Assembly: GCF_001194135.2 (NCBI RefSeq)
Contig: NC_068985.1
Span: 82,622,272-82,686,271, forward strand
From: Octopus bimaculoides
Lineage: Eukaryota
Direction of reading: 5' to 3'
DNA length: 64,000 bases
Positions within the stretch are counted from its first letter, which is position 1, and every line of letters starts with the position of its first letter. The position numbers and the translations under genes were made by a program. Under the pieces are notes generated by a model. The model ran no database searches, was not told the origin of the DNA, and worked only from the letters and a program-made list of their open reading frames with translations. Positions 50,763 through 63,457 of the stretch are shown here, piece after piece.

Positions 50763-52282
50763 TCTATGAATGTATGTATATAATGTATATGTATATTGCT
50801 TATGCTTTAATTAATCAATACAGCAGTTTCCCCCTTTGAATAATGCATCTGCAACTGCTTTAATTCTATTTCCAGCTCTAGTTTTGCCCTGTGGTATTAA
50901 TATAGTGGAAACTTAATATAAAATTAAAATTAAAATCAAAATTAAAATTATAATTAAGAACCAAACAAATGAAACAAACTATATAATCTAAAATGCTTAT
51001 TTCGATTTCAGATATCTGATACAAAGTAAAAGAAAATAAGAAAAAAAAAAAAAAAANNNNNNNNNNAAAAAAAAAAAAAAAAAAAAAAAAAAAACTAAAA
51101 TTAAAATCAAAATAAAATAAAAAGAATACAAAAAATTTAAAAAATAATCTAAAAACAAATAAGAAAAAAACAACAACAATGAAACATACCTAGAGTTTAT
51201 TAAAGTTAGTAACATTATTTCATTAAGCATATTTCTTAGATAAAATATCTTCCCCTACAGTATCCCACTGCCTGCCCAGCCACCAAAGTTTCATTTTATT
51301 CCTTCTTTAAGAAGAAGTTCAAGTTAATTTATTAAATGAATTAGGATGATTTCAGTTTTCTTGTAGCTAAGAATAATGTCATTTTATATAGTTTGATATT
51401 AAAACTTTGGTAGGTTTTCATCAAATTACTATTTTATATCTCTTTCATTTTCTTTCCTTTGCCCAGTTCATTCATTTTAACTTTTTTATCTTTTTTTTTT
51501 CACTTTTGCCTTTATGTTAATAATTTTTGTTCTTTTTCTCTTTAAATATTTTATATATTTTATACATTTTGGTACTGTGTATTTTGTATTTTATATTTCT
51601 TTACTTGTTTATATATTTTTTTCTTTCTATTTTTCTTTCATTTGTTTAGTGCTTTGTTCATTCTTCACTTGAGTTATGTTTCTTTTTTATTTGTATATCT
51701 TTCAATCATTGTCCATATTATTATTATTATTATTATCACCATATTCTTTGTTCTTTCTCCTCCCATTCTACAATCGCTTTCCATCTCACCTACCATAGAT
51801 CCTTCAGTTCTTGCAATTGGTCCTTTTATTTCCTCCTCTTCCCCCACCCACACATACACCTAAACGTTTTTTTTTCTTTTTTTCATCTATTCTTTATGTG
51901 ACTAGTTTCTTTACTTCCCCCTTAGTACTTTCCTTTCTCCCTTTTCTTTCTTAGTAGTTATTCTCTTCTTCCTTTCTATCTATATATCCCCTGTCACTCT
52001 CCTATTCCGCCCCCCCCCGCCCACTTCCATATCTCTTCTTCTGGTCCTTTCTTTCCTTTCTTTTTTTTTTATATCTCATTTTTACAAATCCTTTTCTAAT
52101 TTTTCTTATCACTACTTCTGAGTTTTTAAAAAAAAAAATTTGGTACTTCTTTTTTGTTATTAGTATTTATTTATTTATTTATTTATTTATTTATTTCCAT
52201 TAGTCCTTCACTTCTACAGCATTTATTACCATCATCGTCATCATTGTCATTGTCGTCATCATCATCATCATTTTTAATATCA

Positions 52283-52284
52283 AT

Positions 52285-52336
<52 letters not shown>

Positions 52337-52463
52337 GTTACTACTACTACTACCACTACTACTACTGCTGTTACTACTACTACTACTATTACTACTACTG
52401 TTACTACTACTACTACTGCTACTACTACTGTTACTACTACTACTACTACTACTGCTGCTGCTG

Positions 52464-52498
<35 letters not shown>

Positions 52499-52505
52499 GC
52501 TACTA
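52283..52505. repeat. Interrupted (ACT)n microsatellite
   Basis: Direct reading; poly-Thr and poly-Val ORFs are artefacts. Confidence 0.95.
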
Positions 52506-53430
52506 TTGTTATTATTATTACCATTAAAAATTTTTGTACATTATCCTTGGTCTCTTATTCCTCTCTCTCCTTCTTAGTAAATTGATTCACAGCAGAAAAA
52601 ATAGATAAAAAACAAACAAGAAAAGACAAAAATACAAAAAAAAAACACAAGAAGGATAAGAAATAAACAATGGTAAAAACTATGAACTATAGTGATTAAA
52701 TGTGAATCTTAGATATAACCCAGTTATGGTTATTGACAACTTTCTTTTCTTTTCTTTTTTCTTCCTTCCCCCTTCTCTCTTCTCCCCCTCTCTGTTTCTC
52801 TTTCCTACATCATCATCCTTCCTCAAAGTCTTTTGTCTTTGGCTCCCTAAAAATCAGTAACTCCACCTATCTTCTAAGTATCTTGTGAGGGAGAGAGAGA
52901 GAGAGAGAAAGAGGAGGGTATGTCTGGATATTTTGTTTACCAACCACGAAGGTACAGTCAAAGTAGTCTACAGTGCATGGACCTTTTTCTTCTCTTCTAA
53001 ACTCCCAGGAAGTCAGAGATATGAAGAACTCTGTCAAGTACCCCTCTACACACACTCTCTCTCTCTCTCACACACACACACATGCATATGCACATACACA
53101 AGACTACAACAAACACGTCATTCTGTAGATTATAAATGATTTGTCTTTAGTAGGTCAGATTGGTGTCGGAAGACAAGTATTCAATTAGGAAAAATGTATC
53201 AAAGGAACTTGCTATTCTGTCTATGACTCATTCTTATTGTCAGACTTATTAGTTATAGCTGGGTAGGTAGAGGAGTTGGTGAGTGGTAGTGCTGGTGGTG
53301 GTGGGGAGCTATGTTGCTTATCAAATTAATCTATTAAACAAAGTCTTAGTTTGGAAATTAGAAAAGACATATTGCAGAAGTTATCAATTGTTGTTGTTGT
53401 TAGTTTCTTTTTCTTCTATAATTCAATATG

Positions 53431-53468
<38 letters not shown>

Positions 53469-53882
53469 ACAAACATATGGCATGGGTGTGGCTGTGTGGT
53501 AAGAAGTTTGCTTCCCAACTACATGGTTCTGGATTCAGTCCCACTGTGTGACACTTTGGGCAAGTGTCTTCTACTATAACCTCACATACTGAAGGAGTTA
53601 GTAAATAGTTTCATGCTTTTATGATAATTTAGAAAGGCATATCTATATAATACACATATATATAAATATGCATATATATATACACATACATACATATGTG
53701 TGTATGTGTGTGTAAGACTAATTTCTCAAAATTTGATAAACCTACAAAACTAGGTGAAAGCGCTAATTTATAAAACATGTGACATATGAATATTAATCTG
53801 TAAATATACAACCACCCAGACATCTGAGTACCTGATTATTATTTTTTCTAATATATAATTCCTGTACATCACCTCCAAACCT

Positions 53883-53923
<41 letters not shown>

Positions 53924-54299
53924 CTTTTACTTGTTTCAGTCATTTGACTGTGGCTATGCTGGGTCACCACTTTCAATGGTTTTCTATCTTTCTGTTTTGT
54001 CAAACCACTTTGATGTAAACCCACCAACACCAGTTAAGTAAAGTGCCTTGTTCAAGGTCACAGTGTGCATCTCATTCCAGGAGTCAAAACCCATGAATGG
54101 TAATACAGATGTTAGAATCAGAGTCAAAGTAGATTCAAACTGATGTCTCTTGTAAAATTATTGGCAATCATTTATATGTAACTTCTTATATGTAAATAAA
54201 CACCACTTCAAATTCTAAATATAAGTAGCCTCTGGCGTGTCTGTGTGATTTCAGATGCAGTCCTATTTCTGTAATTGTCTTTGGCTATAACCACTAGAC

Positions 54300-54556
54300 C
54301 AGTGTTTCTCAACCATCATTTACCTGTGAACCTCTTTGATTCTTAAATTACTGTGTAGGGTACCTGACAACCATTTGATGCCCCAAAAAATCCTAATATA
54401 TTTCTATAATTAAATATTATTAGGAATTGTATAAAAAAAATTGTTGAAATATTTGGTGCATTGTGGAAATATAGCCGATGTATTGCACATAAATTATAAC
54501 AACAAAATCTTATGTGAACCCCCAAGGGCCATGTGGACTCTAGTTAAGAACCATTA
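54300..54556. mobile_element. hAT (Charlie-like) MITE with an 8-bp TSD
   Basis: TIRs cagtgtttctcaac / gttaagaaccatta. Flanks CACTAGAC (54292-54299) and CTCTAGAC (54557-54564) fit the NTCTAGAN Charlie target. Confidence 0.85.
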
Positions 54557-54653
54557 CTCTAGACCAACCAATGCTTTGTGAGAACTTGGTTGATAGGAAC
54601 TGCATGGAAGGTTGTCATGTGTGTGTTTCTATGTATGTATGTATGTATGTATA

Positions 54654-54696
<43 letters not shown>

Positions 54697-55052
54697 NNNN
54701 NNNNNNNNNNNNNNNNNNNNNNNNNNNNNNNNNNNNNNNNNNNNNNNNNNNNNNNNNNNNNNNNNNNNNNNNNNNNNNNNNNNNNNNNNNNNNNNNNNNN
54801 NNNNNNNNNNNNNNNNNNNNNNNNNNNNNNNNNNNNNNNNNNNNNNNNNNNNNNNNNNNNNNNNNNNNNNNNNNNNNNNNNNNNNNNNNNNNNNNNNNNN
54901 NNNNNNNNNNNNNNNNNNNNNNNNNNNNNNNNNNNNNNNNNNNNNNNNNNNNNNNNNNNNNNNNNNNNNNNNNNNNNNNNNNNNNNNNNNNNNNNNNNNN
55001 NNNNNNNNNNNNNNNNNNNNNNNNNNNNNNNNNNNNNNNNNNNNNNNNNNNN

Positions 55053-55148
55053 GGGCAAGTATCTTCTACTATAGCTTCGGGCCGACCAAAACCTCGTGAG
55101 CGGATTTGGATGATGGAAACTGAAAGAAGCCTGTCATCTATATATATA

Positions 55149-55199
<51 letters not shown>

Positions 55200-55395
55200 A
55201 TGTGTCTGTGTTTGTCCTCCCAACATCGCTTGACAACCAATGCTGGTGTGTTTACATCCCTGTCACTTAGCGGTTTGGCAAGAGAGACCGATAGAATAAG
55301 TACTAGGCTTAAAAAGAATAAGTCCTGGGTGCAATTTGCTCAACTAAAGGTTGTGTTCCAGCATGGCCACAGTCAAATGACTGAAAAGAATAAAA

Positions 55396-55437
<42 letters not shown>

Positions 55438-55660
55438 AGACACATGTATATTTGTATATTTGTGTGTTTGTCTCTCAACATTTGACAACTTGTGTTGTTT
55501 TGCTTACCTCCCTGTAACTTTGCAAAAAGATGTTTGGCAAGAAGACAGACTGATAGAATAAGCACCAGACTTAAAAAAATAAGAAATGGGATTGATAAAC
55601 CCTTGAAAACAGTGCGCCAGCATGGCCACAGTCCAATGACTGAAATAAATAAAAAGAATA
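55053..55660 (+). mobile_element. SINE-A (head lost in the gap) followed by a second 3' half
   Basis: gggcaagtatcttctactatagc starts right after the Ns; second 3' half at 55460-55660. Confidence 0.85.
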
Positions 55661-57099
55661 AAATAAGAAAAACGTATAAATAGTAGATATTTTACTGGAA
55701 ATGTTAAAGTTTATGCATAACAATTTCTTCCTTCTCTTTAGTGTCACTTGTGTAAGTTTGATTATTAATTATCTGTGCATCTTTACTCGTTAGTATTTCT
55801 TTTTATCAACTGCTGAAAGTTAAAAAGGTCATGGTTGTCCATACAAGGGTTTGAACATATGGTCTACTGATTCACATCTATCAAAGTAATTTTTTAATTA
55901 GCGTAGAAGTAATTGAGTTGGCTAAGTAAATCAAATATCAAACTATCAGCACATGCATGTGTTACAAACTCATTCCAAAGGCAGATGTTTCATTGCATCT
56001 TTAAACATGATGCTTACTTCTACATGTCTCAATCCTGCCAGCTGCCAAGAAACACATTAAATTATTTGGAGATATTACCTGTAATAGACTATCATTCTAT
56101 CCAGAGATTGATTCCTCTCTCATCCTCTTTATATTTTGTTTTCTTTCCCAATGGAAGTCCAATGCTCAGCATATCCATCTTCAAGTTTCTTACACTTGCT
56201 ATTCTCATCAAAACCATTTTTATCCCTTCCATTATTACCTTCATATATCCTTCGATGTCATTGCTTCATTTCATTTCATTACTTGTTTGTCTTCCCCCTC
56301 AATTCCTTGTGTAGAATACATTCCATGATTCTTTCCATTCACCTATTGTCCTCTGTTATTACTCAGTACGTTGCACAGCTCTGCTTTCATTTTGCTATCT
56401 TATTTTGGCATTAGGAAGGGCTTCCAGTTGTAGAAACCATACCAAAACAGACATGGAGACCAGGCGGCTCTTCAGTTGGCCAACTCCTGTCAAACTATCC
56501 AACCCATGCTATCATGGAAAACAGATGTTATTGATGATGATGATTTATGAAATCTTCTTTCTTATCTCCTCACATTTAGCTATCATCATAGTACAGGAGA
56601 TGTGGGTTCATCTCCCACGAGCAGTCTTCAACATTTTCTATCCAAAACGTATTTTTAACCCTATTATTTACATCCTATATTTGTAGCTTTATATGCTTTG
56701 AGATCCACCATTCCAAAAAAATGAATTATAATAGTCAATATCTTATTTCCATGAATTGTTCTAAAAAATATTTTCATCCTCTGGGCCACCTTTCATGCCC
56801 TGATCACACTGCTTTTGGTAGCACACTTTAGTCAAACACTTTCCTCATTATTACTGAACCAAGTCATGTGTGAGATTCCAGTGAAGCAACTGTTTTCATT
56901 TGTCACCCTGAATGAATGCAAATCGTTCTATTAAGCTTGACTGAGACACAGTGTCCTTGCAACCAAATTCTCTCTGGAAGTTCAAAATCTCAAATCAATT
57001 CCTGTTAGAACCATTTTCCCACTTCATTTGGAAATACAGCATTGAACCCCAAATAGAGAAATCTCAGAGATATTGGGGATATTAGTGATGGAGTGGGGT

Positions 57100-57610
57100 A
57101 TGTTGTCGATAATGGTAATGACGACAACAGTTTTGGAATGGTGGTGGTGGTGGTGGTGGTGGTAGCAGTGAAGGTTGTTGAGGAAGCAATAGATAAGGTG
57201 ACAATGGGAATGATGATCACAGTAATATTGACGATGTTGATGATAGATAGTGATGAAGATGATGATGGTGACCATCATGGTTATGATGATGAGGAGGAGG
57301 TGGAGGATAGAAATGATGGTGGAAATGGCAAAACTGGGTGTGTATGTGTGTGTGTTTTCAAAATTAACTTTACATTTTGTCCTCTNNNNNNNNNNTGATG
57401 GCAATGATTATGGTGATACCAGCAATGATATTTGTGGTGATGAGAATAACAATGATAATGGTGATGGTGATGGTGGTGGTGGTGGTGGTGATGGTGATGG
57501 TGGTGGTGGTGGTGGTGTTGGTAGTGGTAGATATAGTAACAAGGAGAGAAATGTTGATTATGATGATGATGGTTATGGTGTAAATGATAATGCAGGCGAT
57601 GGAAATAGTG
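57100..57610. repeat. Degenerate (GGT)/(GAT)n low-complexity tract
   Basis: Direct reading. Confidence 0.9.
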
Positions 57611-57633
57611 AGGTGGGAACATACTGAGACATG

Positions 57634-57661
<28 letters not shown>

Positions 57662-57666
<5 letters not shown>

Positions 57667-58334
57667 TTTGGCACAAGGCGAACAATTTTGGAGGAGTTGG
57701 GTAAGTGAATTACATTAAACTCAGTGTTCAGCTGGTACTTATTTTATTGACCCCGAAAGGATGAAAGGCAAAGTCAACCTTGGTAGAATTTGAACATAGA
57801 ATGTAAAGGCAGACAAAATGCCACAAAGCATTTTGCCTGGTGTGCTAACGGTTCTGCCAGTTCACTGCCCCACAGTTACAAATTTTGGCACAAGGCTAGC
57901 AATTTCATGGGAGAGGGCAAAGTCAAATACATTGACCACCAGTACTCAACTGGTACTTACTTTATTGACCCTGAAAAGATGAAAAGCAGAGTCAGCCTCA
58001 GTGGAATTTGAACTCAGAATGTAAAGATGGATGAAATACTACTAGGCATTTTTCTCAGCATGCTAACAATTCTGCTAGTTTTCTACCTTAAGACAAATAA
58101 TAATAATAATAACAATAATCCTTTCTACTATAGGCACAAGGCCTGAAATTTTTGGGGAGGGGGCTAGTCGATTACATCAACCCCAGTGTTTCACTGGAAC
58201 TCAATTTATCAACCCTGAAAGGATGAAAAGCAAAGTTGACCTTCACAGAATTTGAACTCAGTATGTAAGGACAGGCGATCTACTGCTAAGCATTTTGTCC
58301 AGCATGCTAACACTTCTGCCAGCTCACTGCCATG

Positions 58335-58373
<39 letters not shown>

Positions 58374-58608
58374 TTAATAATAATAATAATAATAATAATC
58401 CTTTTTACCATAATTACAAGGTCTGAAATTTTGGGAGAAGGGGCCAGTTGATTAGATCAACTCCAGTATGCAACTGGTACTTAATTTATTGAGCCTGAAG
58501 GGTGAAATGCAAAGTCGACCTCAGCAGAATTTGAACTCAGAATGTAGTGACAGGCAAAATACTGCTAATCATTTCGTCCAGCATGCATGATTCTGCCAGC
58601 TCACTGCC
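57662..58608 (-). mobile_element. Head-to-tail array of four SINE-B copies
   Basis: Copies at 57662-57870, 57879-58090, 58118-58330 and 58398-58608, mostly separated by (AAT)n. Confidence 0.92.
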
Positions 58609-59234
58609 ATGATAATAATAATAATGATAATAATAATAATAATAATGATGATAATATTACTGATGACAGCTATAATCATAATGAAAATTTTAATAATGTT
58701 GATATTAATGATCTTATCAATAATAATGATGGACAGTTATAGTCAAAACAACAGAAACACAACAAAAATAACAGTCAAAACAATTCTTATGAAGATAATA
58801 ACAAGAACAGTAATGAAAAATTTGGTAAGCATAAAACTTTGAGGGATTTTTCAAATGTATTTTATTGAATGCTTCACTTGTGTCAACAGGAAAAAGACCT
58901 CCAATTAAAATTAAGGTATCTCTCATTAGTCTGATGTAATTTACAGAAAATTGCCCCAAGAATATAAAATGAAATTTTGTCAGAAACCCTTGCACATGGA
59001 AAGTCCATTATTTATAGCTTGAAATATTGTGTTCAGTGAAGCATACCCTGTATTGGTATACTGCTGTTTGAGTGTATATTGCTTTGTGTATATATGCATA
59101 TACATACATATATACATACATAATATATGTGTGTGTTTACACTGTATTTTATATATGTGTATGTGCTGACATTCATGTTTGTATGATATACACATACATA
59201 TATCTCTCTGTATGTATGTATATATGCACTTTGT

Positions 59235-59480
59235 GGATGTGTGGTTAAGAAGTTTGCTTCTGAACCACATGGTTCCAGGTTCAGTCTCACTGCCCAAGAG
59301 CTTGTACATGGGTATTCTCCTATAGCCTATCAGATGGCCAAAACCTTGTCAGTAGATTTGGTAGATAGAAACTGAAAGCTCATTGTATATATATGTGTGT
59401 GTGGTGGGAGATGTTGTGTCTCCTTAACATTTTGTGAATGTTTTAAATGAGTGACTCTGTCACACATGTGGTGTTTATCA
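59235..59480 (+). mobile_element. SINE-A 5' part
   Basis: tgtgtggttaagaagtttgcttctgaaccacatggttccaggttcagtc...gatttggtagatagaaactgaaag. Confidence 0.8.
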
Positions 59481-59667
59481 TTTCTAATCTTCCACCACAG
59501 CATGTCTGGCCATGGAAAAATATTATCTTCTTTTGTTGGCAACAAGAAGGACATCTGCTATAACAAAAAAATAAAATCTTCCTCAATGAATTTATGATTG
59601 AGATACACAAGTATAGGAAAGAGTAAATTGAACAGTAAGAGACATTGATGATGATATGAGTGTGTGT

Positions 59668-59726
<59 letters not shown>

Positions 59727-60104
59727 TATTTAGATATATGCTAGTATTAAGTAGTGAGAATGAATATAAGAATCTCATCCAAAATGGAAATGAGTACCAA
59801 CATTCAGAAGCAACTTTTGAATAATTGTAGATCTCTTTCTACATGAAACCATTGGTTGCTTTGTTAATCTACAAATAAGGAGTGTGTGTGTATCATGATC
59901 GTCATTTAATGTCTGTTTTCCATGTTGGAATAAGTTGGTTGGTTTGACAGGAGCTGGTAAGGCTGGAGAGCTGCGCCAGTCTCCATTGTCTGTTTTGGCA
60001 TAGTGTCTACAGTTAAATGCCCTTCCTAATGTCAATCACTTTACAGACTATACTGGGTGTTTTTTACGTGGCACCAGCTTCAGTGACTTTTATGTAACAC
60101 CAGC

Positions 60105-60650
60105 ATGCAACATGCAATCTTCCTTTCATTTGAAGAGAGAGCTGTTTGGTTGCCAAAATGGTAAACACTCTCTGAATTTTCACTATCCTATTCTTATTCT
60201 AGCAATTAGACTTTCTGTACATCCTTCTACACTGCTAATTAGGTCCCCTAAGTAACAAAAATTATCCACTATCTCTCGAGAGCCTCTGGAATTGTTGAGA
60301 AAATCAATTTCCCATGTATCTGTACACTTTATACTCTTGTGCATCTTCCACATATAAACACTACTTCCTCTGTTAACCTTCCTATTATTCCACTGCACCT
60401 CTTGTGTGTTCATAGTTCATACCAGGAACATGATATGGAATCCCTGCTTACACCTTTCCTATCTTTTGAATAGGACTATTTACCTGAAGTGGATAGGGTC
60501 CTGTGGGTTTTGTTGCTTACTTGCACCTTGTTCTTTGCTACATTAACCTTAAGGCTCTTCAATTCCAGATATTGCTTCTATACCTGGAATTTCTTTTCTA
60601 GTTTTGTTATGGATTCTACTATGAGAGCAAAATCATCACCTGTATACATA
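60105..60650 (-). pseudogene. RTE-type LINE fragment: RT active-site region, PHD-like finger, post-RT region
   Basis: YTGDDFALIVES.TKLEKKFQV*...LKVNVAKNKV...L*THKRCSGIIGRLTEEVVFICGRCT, then EIVDNFCYLGDLISSVEGCTESLIARIRIG**KFRE; multiple stops. Confidence 0.8.
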
Positions 60651-60899
60651 CATACATGTGTGTGTGTGTTTATCCCTAACCAATTCACTTGTTAACACCA
60701 CATATATTCTAAAGTTATATGGAGTTATCAGAGGCATAACAAAAGAGTGCAGGTGAGGAGGAACATGGACAGTCCTCCAGGGCAGAAGTGTGAAGAGGTG
60801 GAAAATAAGCCTTGTAATTATCATACTTGTTAATTAAGGGAAGAGTGCAAAAATTGTCTTTGACTTGGCTCTGAGATTATTAATATTATTAATTTTATT

Positions 60900-61130
60900 A
60901 AAGCAGTAGCAGGCAGAATCATTAGCACATGGAACAAAATGCTTAGCAGCATTTCGCCCATTTTCACGTTCTGAATTCAATTCTGCCATGGTCAGCTTTG
61001 TCATTCATTCTTTCAGGGTCAATAAAATGAGTACCAGTTGAGTACTGGGGGTTGAGGTAATTGACTTAACCCCTACTCCAAAATTTCAGTGCCTATAGTA
61101 GAAAGGATTATTATCATTATTATTATTATT
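60900..61130 (+). mobile_element. SINE-B whose (ATT)n tail (61107-61130) abuts the Dong element
   Basis: ggcagaatcattagc...tttcagggtcaataaaatgagtaccag...gcctatagtagaaagg(att)n. Confidence 0.9.
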
Positions 61131-63399
61131 CAGTAGTTTTATTTTTATAGCATGCTTTCACTTCACTACCGAGCGCAGCTCTGTGTGCCTTGGGTATGTG
61201 CTGTGGTTTGCTGTGATGCTCTTATGGTTACTATATTGAAAGTGTTTTGCGTAGGATGTGTGCAGTGCCCAGTAGTGCAATTTTCTGTATGTTATATATA
61301 CTTGTAAGTCCTGGTGTTTTTGTTATGTATTTGTCTGAATATTTTTTTATTATACCTAAGGCGCCTACTATGATAGGAATTGTTTCTGTTTTTAGATTCC
61401 ACATTCAAGTTACTGCTATTTCCAGGTCTTTGTATTTTGAAAGTTTCTCCATTTCTTTTAGGGAAACGTTGTCATCTGCTTGTATTGATACATCAATTAG
61501 AAAGCTTTTTTTTCTTCATGATCTCTGATAACTATATCTGGCTTATTGGCCTTAATTTCTCTATCTGTGTGTATTGGTATATCCCAGACTATGGTTGCTT
61601 TCTCGTTTTCTGTTACCTTTTCTGGTGTGTGCCTATACCATGTTTTCTTTTGTTATTCCATAGTGTTGGCATAGCTTCCAGTGTATATAGGTCCCAGCTC
61701 TGTCGTGTCTGTGAATATAGTCCTTCTTAGCCAGGACTGGGTAGCCAGAGATAATATGATTAATTGTTTTTTGTCCATCTGCACATATTCTGCAGTTACT
61801 TGTCCTATTTCTTTTCATTACATCATCATCATCATCATCGTTTAACGTCCGCCTTCCATGCTAGCATGGGTTGGATGATTTGACTGAGGACTGGTGAAAC
61901 CGGATGGCAACACCAAGCTCCAATCTAATTTGGCAGAGTTTCTACAGCTGGATGCCCTTCCTAACGCCAGCCACTCAGAGAGTGTAGTGGGTGCTTTTAC
62001 GTGTCACCCGCACGAAAACGGCTACGCTCGAAATGGTGTCTTTTATGTGCCACCCGCACAACCTGTTTTTGGTAATTTCTGGTGGGGAGGCTTTGGTCTT
62101 GTGCAGCAATTAAAAATCCTTCAGTCTCTGCTTTGAGTCCTGAGCTTCTCAACCATTGCTGGGATTTTTCTCTGTCTATTTCTTTTGCATTTAATTTAGC
62201 CCAGTATTTGCCATGAAGGGGCTTTTCTTGCCATCGTTTTATCATGGCCCATTGCTGTTCTAGCTTTAATTTGGATTTCATCTATTTTATAGCTTTTGTT
62301 GTTTCTTCTTCTTCTTTATATTTGTTAGGTAGTATGATTTCTTGTTTGTATTTGTTAGCTTTCTTAAATACTGAAAACAGTTTTTTGTTTTGGTAGTGTT
62401 TTGTGTCTATTTGTATTAGTTTTCCTTGCTTCTGAAGTAGGTATTTTTGCAGTCCTATGGTGGTTACTTTATAATAGTTTTCCAGCTGTATAAGGCTTCT
62501 ACTACCTTCTGTACGTTGTATATATAACCTTTCTATGTCAGATTTTGGGTGGTGCATCCTAGACCCTGTCATTATTTTTCTTGTTTTCCTGTCTATTTTG
62601 GTTAGTTCATTTAGTGTCCAGTTAAGGATATTGTAGCTGTAACTTATAACTGGAACAGCTAAAGTGTTAATACCTATTATCTTGTTTTTAGCATTGAGCT
62701 GTTTTCAGTATTGATCTAACTCATCTATAGTATTCTTTCTTTATTTTCTGTTTCATTTGTGTATGTTGTATCCTATCTAGTTCATTGATTCCTAAATATT
62801 TTTATGTCTGGCTTTGGTCTAATTCTCTTATTTCAGTGGCTTTATCTAGTGTGATGTTGTTACTCTTAACTAGTTTTCCTCTTTTCAGGGTTGTTTTGGC
62901 ACATTTTTCTCATCTAAATTTCATATCTATTTCTTTTGTAAATCCATGTACTGTCTGCAGTAGTGTTTCCAGCTGTTTATCATTTCTAGCATATAGTTTT
63001 AGATCATCCATATATAAAAGGTGGCTGATTGTTTTGCCGTAACATTTGTATCCGCATCCAGTTCTGTTTAGCATATCAGATAAAGGTGTCAGTACCAAGC
63101 AGAACAGGAGTGGAGAGAGCGTGTCTCCCTGGAATATTCCTCTTCTAATGGGGATGGCTTTGGTTTTCACAAGTCCCTCTTTTGTTTGGTTCTACCTTGT
63201 TTATGGCTAGTGTTTCAAGGATCCACATGTGGGGAACACTATCAAAAGCCTTTCGGCAGTCAATCCAGGCCATACTGAGGCCTTTCTTCTTTCTGCGGCT
63301 ATCTTCAGTTATGGCTTTATTGATCATTAATTGATCTTTACAGCCGTATGAGCCCTTGCAGCATCCCTTCTGCTCTTCTGGAAACAGGTTGTTTTCTTC

Positions 63400-63400
<1 letters not shown>
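61131..63400 (-). mobile_element. 5'-truncated R4/Dong-clade non-LTR retrotransposon (RT, CCHC and restriction-like endonuclease), pseudogenised
   Basis: EEQKGC..DQL..WIDCRKAFDSVPH, RRGIFQGDTLSPLLF, HLLYMDDLKLYA, MHHPKSDIERLYI.RTEG, WQEKPLHG, LKAETEGFLIAAQDQ, CRIC..TINHIISG(C>Y), HRHD, KPDIV, KYKDL. Stop at 61231-61233 and 100-bp 3'UTR. Contains stops, frameshifts and a small internal deletion. Confidence 0.93.
61822..62062 (-). mobile_element. (GAT)n-tailed RTE-type retroposon inserted in the Dong ORF
   Basis: Removing it restores Y-Q-K-Q-V-M-K-R in frame. Only a 2-bp AC duplication or microhomology is present. Confidence 0.9.

Positions 63401-63457
<57 letters not shown>

Noticed and set aside
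52154-52585. Poly-Thr mucin-like ORF
   Set aside because: It is an (ACT)n microsatellite in low-complexity flanks, with no credible start, splice or domain context.
57024-57685. His-, Gly- and Asp-rich ORFs
   Set aside because: Degenerate (GGT)/(GAT)n tract, open on both strands.
57662-58608. CRISPR-like repeat-spacer periodicity
   Set aside because: The units are ~210-bp SINEs separated by microsatellites in a eukaryotic context, with no cas genes.
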